Below, piece by piece: positions 31,338-48,232 of a DNA stretch of 64,000 bases (the first letter of the stretch is position 1; the number at the start of each line of letters is the position of its first letter). The stretch is from the human T2T-CHM13v2.0 reference genome, Homo sapiens. The position numbers and the translations under genes were made by a program. The stretch is from the NCBI RefSeq assembly GCF_009914755.1, contig NC_060929.1; one strand, given 5' to 3'. Under the pieces are notes generated by a model that made no database searches, had not been told where the DNA came from, and saw nothing but the letters and a program-made list of their open reading frames with translations.

Positions 31338-31515
31338 TGTTAATAATAAGCAGCTAACATTTTTTGAGCACTTACCATGTGCCAAACACTGTTTTAAATA
31401 CTTTACTTAGATCCCCTATAAGCCTCAACACAAACATAAGTGCTATTGTTATTCCCATTTTTCAGATGCAGAAACTGAGACACCAACAGATTCAATCACT
31501 TGCCCAAGGATACAC
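31338..31515 (-). mobile_element. MIR SINE
   Basis: 'ttgagcacttaccatgtgcca...cccatttttcagatgcagaaactgag...cacttgcccaagg'. Confidence 0.8.
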
Positions 31516-34134
31516 TTGGAAAATGATGAAGACAATGACAATTGAAAAGAAATGTTACAGAGAAGGGAGAAAAAAGAAGAAAGTGAGTAATCAGAATTTT
31601 ATCAGATATCAGCTTTGGCTCTTTTAGTAGGTAGTAAATATGGATTTTCTGGAAGAGAAGTATTATCTTGTGCCCAAATAATAGTAATGTTTGAAAAACA
31701 ACAGATATGAGGACTCTTGTTACTAACAAATAGTGACCATTTATTGGTATCTTCTATCTACACAGCTATGTGCATACACATGCACATTTAATCTGCAACA
31801 GTCGTTTGAGAAAAAGAGTATGAGGTCAATGAAGCTCAGAGTTGCTGGGAAATCATTGAAAGTATGCTAAGTCTCATTCTTCCTGCAGATTCCTGTGGGG
31901 ATATATGACACCCACAGAAAGGAACTGGAAATTGTCTCCAGTGATTATAAAGTCCTGGAAGGAAATCTAAGACTTGAGACATTGATGGACTTTAATCTAG
32001 CCTTCCAAACAAAGTTTGGGATTTTAGTAGAGAAAATCCATGGTGAATTTAATGGCTACATACATAACTGATATCAAATAATGAGATTTGATTTCTAGAA
32101 AACAGTTAAAGTTTCTTTAGTGTTAGAAACACTGTTGAAAGAGTTGTTAGAAAGAGATGAGTACTCCAAGAATGTGTTTGCCAAATGATTTGTAGATCTG
32201 ATCAAAATGGTATTAAACTCAAAATTGAAAAGAGAAAAGTTTACCATTATAAAACTAGAAACTATCTAGATGATTCAATATTGGAATACTCTGCACCTAG
32301 TGGGGAAAGCAGCTTTTCCATAAAGAAAGCCCTTCCTAGAATTTTTTGAATTTCAAAAACTTCTAGATTGAAAAAATGGAAAAAAGTATGATAGTCTCTT
32401 GCAAGAATTAAACCTTAGGATTCAACATAGAAGCATTATTGATTAGAAGCAATCCACTAAAGTAAAATCTAAAGCAGGAGCAGGAAATGCTGACATGCAG
32501 AGTCCAAAGGTAAGGTTGACATATCCAGAAGCTGAATTAGGAGCACTAAAGAAAAAGCAATCACAATCCATCATTTTTTTGTAGCTATCACCATGTTAGA
32601 AGTGTATGTTCATCATTCTGTATGCAGCTAATGGTGAGTCATTCTTGCAAATAAAATAAATATTCATACTATATAAGCATATGTACATTACATAAATTAT
32701 ATGCATACTGTTCCAGGAAATAACAGGTTTGGAAGCAAATAAGTCTGTAAATTGGCAATTTTGGCATGCAGTTCTGTATAGAACTAGAAGATCCAAAATT
32801 TTAATTGTTGAAATGCTATTCAATTGCTACTTTAATTGTTCAAAATGCTCCTATTTACTTGCATATCCCTGAGAGTATGAATATTCACAATAGACTGTAG
32901 TTCTTCATAAATGCTATAATTTCAATGTTTCTTATTTATTAACCATATTTTTGATACCAATAATGAGTAAGCAGTGCGAAGAATGTTAATCTTTAATAAT
33001 AACTTCCAATTGCAAAAATTCCTAGGAATTCTGAAATCTTTTTCTCAAATCCTGAAGATAAATATCTGTTGGAATTTGAAAACACTAGGAGAAAGTCTAG
33101 AATGGCAATTTAAAAAAATACTGAGTGTCATGACTACACAAACATGTAGTATATAATAATTCACTTCTACTATCACTTATCTCTATTTGAACTACTAGGT
33201 CATTTTATTTGTATAGTGGACTTCATTGGAGCCTTTTAAAATGGTTTTGGTCCATAGAAGTTAGGCCAATGCTCACGTTAAGTTGGGATTTTACCAAACA
33301 AAGATAATTATAAATTTTTATCATCACTGATAATTTGTGGGAATAAACTCATGTCTAGAATATTATACACATTGTTTAAAAGAAATGATCTTATTAGAAA
33401 GGAGGTTAAGAGGCATTATGCATCAAAATAACAAAAACTTGAAAGAAAATCAATAAACTTAAAAGTAGAGACATATAATATACTTTTGTAGGGACAAAAG
33501 AATAAATAAATATAAGCCAAACACTGTGGTAATTTATTATACACCACCCAGTTGGTATGAAAATGAATGGTACTTCCTGAAGACAGTTTCTAAAAATGAT
33601 ATAAAGAGAAGATAAAATAATAAACAGTTGCACTTATCTGGAAATTCCTTCAAAGTTTTATTTCTGTACAGTGCCTGAGTATAACAATAAATACTTGTTA
33701 AATGAGTGACGTAAGCGAATTTTGTTTAAAAAAAAAGCTATCTTTAACCGTTCTGAACCTTGTTTTGCTAATTCTTTTATTTCTCTAAAGTTAGAAGAAA
33801 CAAACTGTAGAAAATGGATTTGTACCATCTCTTTAGTTTTTTAACTATTTTTAACAACTTTATTGAGATGTTATTGACATACAATAGACTGCACATATAT
33901 AAAGCATACAATTTGATAAGTTTTGACATATGTACACCCATGCAACTATCACCGCAACCTAGATAAATGAACACGTCCAATAGTTCCAAACTCCTCATAC
34001 TCCTTTGTGATTCTTCTCTTCCACTCCTCCTGACACCCTTCCGCATTCTGACAAATACTGATGTGCTTTTCTGTCACAAATATTAGTATGAATTTAATAG
34101 AATTTTATACAAATTGAGTCATATAGTATTATTC

Positions 34135-34434
34135 TTTTTTTTTTTTTTTTTTTTTTTTTTTGAGACGGAGTCTCACTCTGTCACCTGGGCTGGAGTGCAA
34201 TGGCGCAACCTCAGCTCATTGCAACCTCTTGGGTTCAAGTGATTCTCCTGCTTCAGCCTCCTGAGTAGCTGGGATTACAGGTACCTGCCACTACGCCCAA
34301 CTAATTTTTGTATTTTTAGTAGAGAAAATGTTTCACCATGTTGGTCAGGCTGGTCTCAAACTCCTGACCTCGTGATCTGCCAGCCACAGCCTCCCAAAGC
34401 ACCGGGATCACAGGCGTGAGCCACCACGCCCGGC
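34135..34434 (-). mobile_element. Alu (AluS-type)
   Basis: Full dimer with a ~27-nt poly(T); short TSD-like 'tattcttt' on both sides. Confidence 0.95.
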
Positions 34435-35412
34435 GAGTATTCTTTTATATCTGGATTATTTCACTCAGCATAATTATTTTGAGATCCACTAATGTTGTGT
34501 GTGTCAATGGTTCATTGTTTTAAATTGCAGGATAGTAGTCCAGTATACGGATATACCATGGCTTGTTTATTCATTCACTTGTTCATAGACAGATACTTTG
34601 GCTGCTTCTAGTTTGGGGCTATTACAAATAAAGGTGATATGAACATTTATTTCAAGTTTTTGTATTGATACATTTTCATTTCTATTGATTGAATATCAAA
34701 ATGTAGAATGGCTGAATCATATGGCTCATACGTGTTTAACTTTTCATAAAACTGTCAATTTGTTTTCCCAATTGGTTATATTATTTTACACTAAAACTAG
34801 ATGTATCAGCGTTGCAGTTTCTCCACATTCTCACCAACATTTGGTATGGTCAGTCTTTTCACTTTTAACCATTCCAATAGGTGTATAGTGGTTATAATTG
34901 CATTTCCCCAGTGACTAATGATGTTGAACATCTTCTTATGTGCTTATTTGTCATTTGTGTATCTTTTTCGGTGAAGTGTCTTCAAATAATTTGCCCAGTT
35001 TTTTGTAGGGGTTTGTTTTCTTATTTTTGAATTTTGAGAGTTCTTTATATATTCTGTGTAAAAATCCTTTGTAAGATTTGCAAATATTTTCTCCCAGTCT
35101 GTGGCTTGTCCTTTTATTCTCTTAACGATGAGTTTAACCATGCTTTTTATTCTCTTTATTCTCTTAACAGAGCAGAAGTTTTTAACTTTGAAGTTTTTTT
35201 TTTTTTTTTTATACTTTAAGTTTTAGGGTACATGTGCACATTGTGCAGGTTAGTTACATATGTATACATGTGCCATGCTGGTGCGCTGCACCCACTAACT
35301 CGTCATCTAGCATTAGGTATATCTCCCGATGCTATCCCTCCCCCCTCCCCCCACCCCACAACAGTCCCCAGAGTGTAATATTCCCCTTCCTGTGTCCCTG
35401 TGATCTCATTGT

Positions 35413-39241
<3,829 letters not shown>

Positions 39242-39304
39242 TATGATGTTAGCTGGTTATTTTGCTCGTTAGTTGATGCAGTTTCTTCCTAGCCTCGATG
39301 GTCT

Positions 39305-40321
39305 TTACATTTTGGCATGATTTTGCAGCAGCTGGTACTGGTTGTTCCTTTCCATGTTTAGTGCTTCCTTCAGGAGCTGTTTTAGGGCAGGCCTGGTGGT
39401 GACAAAATCTCTCAGCATTTGCTTGTCTGTAAAGGATTTTATATCTCCTTCACTTATGAAGCTTAGTTTGGCTGGATATGAAATTCTGGGTTGAAAATTC
39501 TTTTCTTTAAGAATGTTGAATATTGGCCCCCACTCTCTTCTGGCTTGTAGGGTTTCTGCCAAGAGATCCGCTGTTAGTCTGATGGGCTTCCCTTTGAGGG
39601 TAACCCGACCTTTCTCTCTGGCTGCCCTTAACATTTTTTCCTTCATTTCAACTTTGGTGAATCTGACAATTATGTGTCTTGGAGTTGTTCCTCTCAAGGA
39701 GTATCTTTGTGGCGTTCTCTGTGTTTCCTGAATCTGAACGTTGGCCTGCCTTGCTAGATTGGGGAAGTTCTCCTGGATAATATCCTGCAGAGTGTTTTCC
39801 AACTTGGTTCCATTCTCCCCATCACTTTCAGGTACACCAATCAGACGTAGATTGGGTCTTTTCACATAGTCCTATATTTCTTGGAGGCTTTGCTCATTTC
39901 TTTTTATTCTTTTTTCTCTAAACTTCCCTTCTCGCTCCATTTCATTCATTTCATCTTCCATCGCTGATACCCTTTCTTCCAGTTGATCGCATCAGCTGCT
40001 GAGGCTTCTGCATTCTTCATATAGTTCTCGAGCCTTGGTTTTCAGCTCCATCAGCTCCTTTAAGCACTTCTCTGTATTGGTTATTCTAGTTATACATTCT
40101 TCTAAATTTTTTTCAAAGTTTTCAACTTCTTTGCCTTTGCTCTGAATGTCCTCCCGTAGCTCAGAGTAATTTGATCGTCTGAAGCCTTCTTCTCTCAGCT
40201 CGTCAAAGTCATTCTCCATCCAACTTTGTTCCATTGCTGGTGAGGAACTGCGTTCCTTTGGAGGAGCAGAGGCGCTCTGCTTTTTAGAGTTTCCAGTTTT
40301 TCTGTTCTGTTTTTTTCCCAT
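39305..40321 (-). pseudogene. L1 ORF1 with a premature stop
   Basis: MGKKQNRKTGNSK start; TGA at 39992-39994 (CGA>TGA-type change); the C-terminal part lies in ORF 39305-39865. Confidence 0.95.
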
Positions 40322-40776
40322 CTTTGTGCTTTTATCTACTTTTGGTCTTTGATGATGGTGATGTACAGATGGGTTTTTGGTGTGGATGTCCTTTCTGTTT
40401 GTTAGTTTTCCTTCTAACAGAGAGGACCCTCAGCTGCAGGTCTGTTGGAGTACCCTGCCGTGTGAGGTGTCAGTGTGCCCCTGCTCGGGCGTGACACCCA
40501 GTTAGGCTGCTCGGGGGTCAGGGGTCAGGGACCCACTTGAGGAGGCAGTCTGCCCGGTCTCAGATCTCCAGCTGCGTGCTGGGAGAACCACTGTTCTCTT
40601 CAAAGCTGTCAGACAGGGACATTTAAGTCTGCAGAGGTTACTGCTGTCTTTTTGTTTGTCTGTGCCCTGCCCCCAGAGGTGGAGCCTACAGAGGCAGGCA
40701 GGCCTCCTTGAGCTGTGGTGGGCTCCACCCAGTTTGAGCTTCCTGGCTGCTTTGTTTACCTAATCAAGGCTGGGCA

Positions 40777-41268
40777 ATGGCGGGTGCCCCTCCCCCAGCC
40801 TCGCTGCCACCTTGCAGTTTGATCTCAGACTGCTGTGCTAGCAATCAGGGAGACTCCGTGGGCATAGGACCCCCAGAGCCAGGTGCGGGATATAATCTTG
40901 TGGTGCGCCCTTTTTTTAAGCCCGTCGGAAAAGCGCAGTATTCGGGTGGGAGTGACCCGATTTTCCAGGTGCTGTCTGTCACCCCTTTCTTTGACTCAGA
41001 AAGGGAACTCCCTGACCCCTTGCGCTTCCCAAGTGAGGCAATGCCTCGCCCTGCTTCGGCTCGCGCACGGTGCGCGCACCCACTGACCTGCGCCCACTGT
41101 CTGGCACTCCCTAGTGAGATGAACCCGGTACCTCAGATGGAAATGCAGAAATCACCCGTCTTCTGCGTCGCTCAGGCTGGGAGCTGTAGACCGGAGTTGT
41201 TACTATTCGGCCATCTTGGCTCCTCCCTTAACTTTGAAGTTCTATTTATCAATGCATTCTTATATTGA
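40777..41268 (+). CDS. L1 antisense ORF0, frameshifted and extended to 163 aa (translation unproven)
   Basis: The N-terminus MAGAPPPASLPPCSLISDCCASNQ matches primate L1 ORF0; an extra T near 40911-40917 shifts the frame. Confidence 0.6.
   Translation: MAGAPPPASLPPCSLISDCCASNQGDSVGIGPPEPGAGYNLVVRPFFKPVGKAQYSGGSDPIFQVLSVTPFFDSERELPDPLRFPSEAMPRPASARARCAHPLTCAHCLALPSEMNPVPQMEMQKSPVFCVAQAGSCRPELLLFGHLGSSLNFEVLFINAFLY
41209..41217 (-). promoter_or_regulatory. YY1 site of the L1 internal promoter
   Basis: AAGATGGCC is intact near the L1 5' end, and the CpG-rich 5'UTR is retained. Confidence 0.8.
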
Positions 41269-41354
41269 TTGATCTTTTCATGTTGTGTCTAAGAAATCTT
41301 TGCCTAACCCAGGTTAAAATACTCTATAAGTTTCAGAATTTTAGGATATAAATC

Positions 41355-41977
41355 TGCACTAGTTAGGGGTTCTCCAAAGAAACAGAACCAATTATAGATA
41401 TTATTTGTATATATACATATAATTGTACCTATACATATACAATAATCTTGTATACATATAATTGATATGCAATTCTATGTATATATACATATATGTATAC
41501 ATATACCTACACACATATACATATACAATTATATATATACACACACACCTATATATCTATATGTATATATAGAGAGAGAAAGAGCGAGAGAGAACCAGGA
41601 AGCCAGTGGTGTGATTCAACTTGAGTTTGAAGGTTTGGTGGTTGGGGATGGTGGGGAGGGTGATGGTGTAAGTCCTGGTCCTAGTTCAAAGGCTCAAGAA
41701 TGAGAAGCCCCATGTTTGAAAGCAGAAAAAGATGAATGCTCAACTCAAAGAGAAGAGAGTAAATGTACCTTTCCTCTGTCTTTTTGTTCTATTCAAGTCC
41801 ACAACAGATTGGCTAATGCTCACTCAAATTAGTGAGGGTGATCTTCATTCAGTCTACCAATTCAAATGCCAACTTCTTTCAGAAATACCCTCACAGACAC
41901 ACCCAGAAATAATGTTTTACTAACTATCTGGTCATCCTTTAGCCTAGTCAAGTTGACACATAAAATTAGCCATCACC
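41355..41977 (-). mobile_element. MLT2 (ERVL) solo LTR with an internal (TA)/(CA) simple-repeat tract
   Basis: 'ggttctccaaagaaacagaaccaat' ... 'gtcaagttgacacataaaattagccatcac'. Confidence 0.9.
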
Positions 41978-42535
41978 ATATTTCCATCATCCTAGGTAAA
42001 CATCAAAGCTTATTTTTTAATACATTGCTATCCAATTGTTCTAGCACCATTTGTTTAAAAATAACTATCCATTCTCCATTAAATTGTCTTTGCACCTTTG
42101 TTTAAAATGAGTTTCCCATTCCAGTGTAGGTCTATCTCTAAACTCTCTATTCTACCTCAGTGATCTATCTTCCTGTCTTTACAGTGTTATTACATTGTCT
42201 TAATTACTGTAATTTTAAAATAAGTCTTGAAACAAGGTGGTATTAGTCCTCCAATTTGTTCAGTTTTCAAAGTTGATTTAGCTATTCTAGGAACTTTTCA
42301 TTTTCATGTGAATTTTAGAATCTGTATGTAAATTTCTTTTTTAAAAAAGTGTGACTGAGATTGCACTAAAACTGTAGATCAATTAATTTTGGGAGAAATG
42401 AGTGTTAACAATTTTGAGATTTCTGCTTCATGAATATTTATTTATTCAAGTCTTCTTAAATTTTTCTCAGCAATGATTTGTAATCTTCAGTATATAAGTC
42501 TTCCTGCAATGAATAATCTACTGTCATCCAATCCA

Positions 42536-42541
42536 GTGTGT

Positions 42542-42579
<38 letters not shown>
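42536..42579. repeat. (GT)n microsatellite
   Basis: About 22 GT units. Confidence 0.95.
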
Positions 42580-42581
<2 letters not shown>

Positions 42582-42899
42582 TTCAAACACTACAGTGAAA
42601 TAAATAAATATATATATATATTATTTCAAACACTGTAGTTTACATCTCTAGAAGTTAGATTTTGGTCTTTTGAAAATGTTCCATCTTTGTACTTAACTTT
42701 TCAATCCAGTTATAATAACTATTTTAGTGTCCTTGTTTGCTAATTATTGTTTGCTAACAATTTTTTTAGTCCCTGTTGATTGATTTATATCTCCATTATG
42801 TGTTGTATTTTTCTACTTTTTTACATACTAGGTAATTTTTGCCTGAATCCCAAACATTGTGAATTTTTTTTGTTGGGTACTTTTGATATTTTTGTTTTT

Positions 42900-43210
42900 T
42901 GTTGTTATTGTTTTTGTTTGTTTGTTTGTGTGTGTGTGTGTATTTTGAGACAGAGTCTTGCTGTATCGCCCAGGCTGGAGTGCAGTGGCGTGATCTTGGC
43001 TCAGTGCAAGCTCCACCACCCGGGTCCACTTCCCTAGTAGCTGGGACTACAGGCGCCCACCACCATGCCCGGCTAATTTCTTATTGTATTTTTAGTAGAG
43101 ACGGGGTTTCACCGTGTTAGCCAGGAAGGTCTCAATCTCCTGACCTCGTGATCTGCCAGCCTCGGCCTCCCAAAGTGCTGGGATTACAGGCGTGAGCCAC
43201 CACGCCCAGC
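42900..43210 (-). mobile_element. AluY-like element with a ~20-bp internal deletion and degenerate tail
   Basis: Diagnostic 'gcaagctcc' and 'accgtgttagccagga'; TSD tgatatttttgttttt (42884-42899) / tgatagttttgttttt (43211-43226). Confidence 0.92.
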
Positions 43211-46200
43211 TGATAGTTTTGTTTTTATACAAATGTTCTTGAGGATTTTTTCCTATGATTCAGTTAAGGTACTTGGAAACAATTTGATTCATTCAGATCT
43301 TACTTTAAGATTTATTAGGTGAAATGGAGCAGTATTTAGTGTAGAGTTAATTATTCCCCACCACTGAAGCAAAATTCATCTGTATACTCTACCTATTGTC
43401 TTCTAAAGTTGGAGGTTTTCGACTCTGGCTGGTGGTAATACAAACTACTCCTGGCCCTGTGTGAGTGCCTGGCACTGTTACCTCTAATTCTTTCAGGTGG
43501 ATTTTTTTTTTACCACATCCTTGAGCAATTCACACTAGAATCAATAAAAGGTAGTTACAGAGAGCATTCTGAGAAGATGGCATAGTAGGAATCTGTCTCC
43601 CCAGCTAAACAACAATTACATTGGCAGGATCTGTCTGATGTAACTGTTTTGGAACTGGAGTCTAGTGAAAGCTTGCAACTTTCAGGGGAATACTTAGATG
43701 GTAAAATGTGATTACTTTTGGTCAATTTCAGCCCTTAATACAGTAGCAGCTACCATCCCCCACCCTTCATCCTCATGGCAGGCAGCTGTGTATGTGTTTC
43801 TCATGCAGCTTTCACACAGGTTAAGGGAGCCAGGGTAGGCAAAAAGGATCCTGTTCTGCAAATATCAGTGATCTGTGCTCTTATCACTGATTTCTACTTT
43901 TGACCACAGAGGTGTGGACAAAGAGGTAGCAGCTATTATTCTTGCACCTACCCACATTGTTGCAAGCCCCTCCTCCTCTAGCTAAAGTGACTTTCAGGAA
44001 ATTTAAAAGGTGGTGTCTTCCTCTCCCTCCTTTCATTTTCTCTTTTTTTTTATTTTTTGAGAGCCATACATTGACAAGTAGGACATTCAAAAGCAACCAC
44101 ATATATGAGGGAAATTAGAAATCACCATAAACACCCAGGGGAAGGCACAGGCTCAGAAAATGCCTGAGAAGACCTTAAATTTACACTCAGGCTGATCCTT
44201 GGCACAAAGATATCCTAAATAATAAAATAAAAAAAAAAAAAAAAAAAAAAAAACACAGCAAACTCTGGGAAGGGGGTAGATTCTGATTTCTAGAGTTATC
44301 ACACTTTTAGATTCAAATCTCCAGTTTTCAAAAAAATCAAAAGGCATACAGAGATACATTAAAGTATAGCCAATTTAAAGGAAAAAAATTATTCCAACAG
44401 AAACTTTCCCTGAAAAAAAGACCTGATGGTAGATCTACAAAATAAAAACTTTAAAATAACTGTCTTTTAAAAAGGCTCAAAGAACTAAAGGAAGATATGG
44501 AGAAAGTCAAGAAAATTATGTATGAACATAATTTAAATATAAATAGAGAGACAAACACCTAAAAAGAAACCAAAAAGAAAATACTTGAAAAATACAACAA
44601 ATGAAATTATTAAATTATTAGAGGTATTTAAAGGTAGATTTGAGCAGGTAGAAGAAAGAATCAATGTACTTGAAGATAGGACAATGGAAATGATCAAGCC
44701 TGAGCAGCATGAAGAGGAAAGGTTGAAGAAAAGTGAACAGAGCCTAAGGAACATGTGGAACACCATGAAGTGGACCACTATTTGCACTGGGGAACTGGAG
44801 AAGAAGAAAGAGAAAAAGAGGCAGAGAGAATATTTGAATAAAATTTGACCAAAACTTTCCAAACATGATGAAAGTCATGAATATAAACACACAAGAGGCT
44901 TGATGAACTCTAAGCAGAGTTAACTCAAAGAGACCCACACTGAGGTACATACTCAAACTGTTGAAGGCCAAGGACAAAGACAGGATTTTTAAACCAACAA
45001 GAGAAGTGACTCACCATATACAAGGGATCCTCAATAAAATTATCAGCAAATTTCTCATCATACACTTTGGTGGCCAGAAGGCAGCAGACTGATACATTCA
45101 AAGTGCTAGAAAAAAAAACAAAAACCATCAACCAAAAATATTATATCTGGCAAAACTGTATTTCAAAATGAAAGAGAAATGAAGATATTCTCAGATAAAC
45201 AAAAGCTGAGGGAGTTTATTATCACTAGCCCAGCCCTTCAAAAAATGCTAATAGGAGTCCTGCAGCTTTAAATAAAAGGATAGTAGACAGAACTCAAAGC
45301 TTTATGAAGAAAGATCTCAGTAAATGTAAATACACTGGCAATTATAAAAACTAGTATTATAACAATAGTGCATAATTATTTGTTTTCTACATGATTTAAG
45401 AGACATTTAAAAAAATAATTATTAGCCTAAAAATTAGTACTATTATTACTTTGGTTTGTAATCCCACATTTTGTTTTGTACATAATTTAAGAGACTAAAA
45501 CATTTAATAGAATTATTAGCTTATATTTGGGAGCACATATAGAGAAAGGTGCAATTCTGTCACATTAACAACTCAGAAGGGTGGAGACAGCTCTTAAATA
45601 AGCAGTTTTTGTAAGGCATTGAAGTTAAGCTGGGATAAATTCAAAGTAGGGGGTCATAAAATTAGGATCTTAAGTACAATCCTCATGACAACCACAAAGA
45701 AAATGCTATCGAATATATAAAAAAGAAAATGAGAAATTATTTTAAATATCTCACTACAAAAAACATCAGCTAAACAATAAAGATAGTAATGCAGAAAATG
45801 AGGGACAAGAAAACAAATACCAAAATGACAGAAGTAAGTTCCTTCTTACTTAAATATTACTGGATTGAACTCCCCAATCAAAAGACAGAGATTGAAGTAA
45901 TATATTTTTTAAATGTGATTCAACTATATGCTGTGTACAGTAGACTCACTTTTTATCTAAAGATACAAATAGGTTGAAAGTTAAAGTATAGAAAACAATA
46001 TTCCATGCAAATAGCAATCAGAACAAAGGAGATGTGCCTATACCAGTGCCAGACAAAATAAACTTTATGTTCAAAGTATTACAAAAGACAAAGAAGGACA
46101 TTATATATTCATAAAAGATTCAAAATAGCAAGATGAAATAATTAGCATTTATACGCCTAATAACAGACCATACATTATATGAAGAAAAAATTAACAAAAC

Positions 46201-46626
46201 TGAAGAGATTAATTGACAGTCTACAATAAATAGTTGGAGATTTAAATATCCCACTCTCAATAATAGAAAAACCAGACAGGAGACAAGGAAATAGAAAAAT
46301 TGAATGACGCAATAAACCAACTAAATCTAACAGACATATACAGAACATTCTTCTCAACAATAACAGAATATACATTCTTCTTAAGTGCACATAATAGATT
46401 TTCCAAAATCGACTATATGTTAGGTCACAAATTAAGTCTCAATAGATTTTAAAAGATAGATATCATATAAAGCATCTTCTCTGACCATGACAGGATGAAA
46501 TTGGAAATCAATAACAGAAGAAAACTGAAAAATGTATAAATTTTTAGAAATTAACATACTCTTAACCAATCAATGAAAAAGAAATCACAAGGAAAATTAG
46601 AAAATACTTAAAGATTAATGAAAACA

Positions 46627-46806
46627 GGTTGGGTGCAGGTGGCTCATGCTTGTAATCCCACCACCTTGGGAGGCCAAGGCAGGCAGATCATTTGAGCTCA
46701 GGAGTTCAAGAACAGCCTGCTCAACATGGTGAAACCCTATCTCTACTAAAAAAACAAAAATTAGCTGAGCATGGTGGCACATGCCGGTAATCTCAGCTAC
46801 TCAGGA
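46627..46806 (+). mobile_element. 3'-truncated Alu (left arm plus start of right arm, no tail)
   Basis: Alu 5' sequence through 'ctcagctactcagga', followed directly by L1 sequence. Confidence 0.9.
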
Positions 46807-46898
46807 TATAAACACACTAAAATCAATCACATTTCTATACACTGATGATGAACAATCGGAAAAGAAAATTAAGAAACAATTCAATTTAAAATAATATC

Positions 46899-47256
46899 TG
46901 TCTTAGTGTATTCCTGCTGCTATAACAAAATACCTGAGACTGGGTAATTTATAAATAACATGCATTCATTTTCTCATATTTCTGCAGCCTGAGAAGTCCT
47001 AGATCAAAACACCAGAAAATTCAATGTCTAGTGAGGGCAGCTATCTACTTCCAGGATGGTGCCTTTTGCTACATCTTCACATGGCAGAAGGGGCAAACAG
47101 CTCCCTCACACCTCTTTTATAAGAGTGCTAAGTCATGAGGATGGCACTCATGACCTAATCATCTCCTAAGGACCCCACCTCTTAATACTATCACATTGGC
47201 AAGAAAGTTTCAACATGAATATGTGTGTATGGGGGAGACACATTCAGACCACAGCA
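46899..47256 (-). mobile_element. MaLR solo LTR (MST/MLT1A-like)
   Basis: tgtcttagt...cattcagaccacagca, inserted in L1 ORF2. Confidence 0.85.
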
Positions 47257-47873
47257 GCATTATAAATAATAAAATACTTGGGAATTAACCAATGAGACGT
47301 AAGACTTGTACAGTGAAAACTCTTTTTAAAAATTCTGAAATAAAGAAGACAAAAATAAATGGAAAGACATCTTTTGTTCATGGACTGGAAGGCTTAGTAT
47401 TGTTAAGATCTCAATACTACCCAAAGCAATCTACATATTTAATTCAATCACTATCAAAATCCCAATGACCTTTTTTACAGAAATAAGAAAACCCATCCTA
47501 AAACTCATAACTATATGAGTTAGTATCTGAAAGGACCCCAAATAGCCAAAACACTCCAGGAAAAGAAGAACAAAGCTAGAGGAATCACACCTCCTCATTT
47601 CAAAATTTATTACAATGCTACAGCAATCAAAGCAGTGTAGACCTGGCATAAAGACAGACATAGACTATTGGAATAGAATACAGAGTCTAGATAACAAACC
47701 TTTACATGTATACTCAAATTATTTTCGACAGAAATGTCAAGACCACTTAATGGAGAAAAGTCCATTTTTTCAACAAATGGTGTTGGCTAAACTAGATATC
47801 CTCATGCCAAAAAATGAAGTTGGACCCTTACCTAACACCATATATTAAAAAAAACTAAAAATGCATCAATGAC

Positions 47874-48232
47874 TATATTAGCCTGTTCCCACATTACTAT
47901 AAGGAAATACCTGAGACTGGGTAATTTATAACAAAAAGAGGTTTAATTGACTCACAGTTCTGCATGGCTGGGAAGGCCTCAGGAAACTTACAAACATGGC
48001 AGAAGGCACCTCTTCACAAGGTGGCAGGAGAGAAAATGAGTGCAGCAGGGGAAACGCCAGATGCTTATAAAACCATGAGATCTCGTGAGAACTCACTATC
48101 ACCAGAGCAGCATGGGGGAAACTGCCCACATGATTCAATTTTGTCTCACCAGTTTCCTCTCGCAACACATAGAGATTATGGGGATTACAATTCAAGATGA
48201 GATTTGGGTGGGTACACAGCCAAATCATATCA
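47874..48232 (-). mobile_element. THE1 (THE1C-like) solo LTR
   Basis: Ends 'cacagccaaatcatatca'; TSD atgac / atgat. Confidence 0.92.

Noticed and set aside
31850-32560. Possible very old CR1/L3-like relic
   Set aside because: Similarity is too faint to support without an HMM search.
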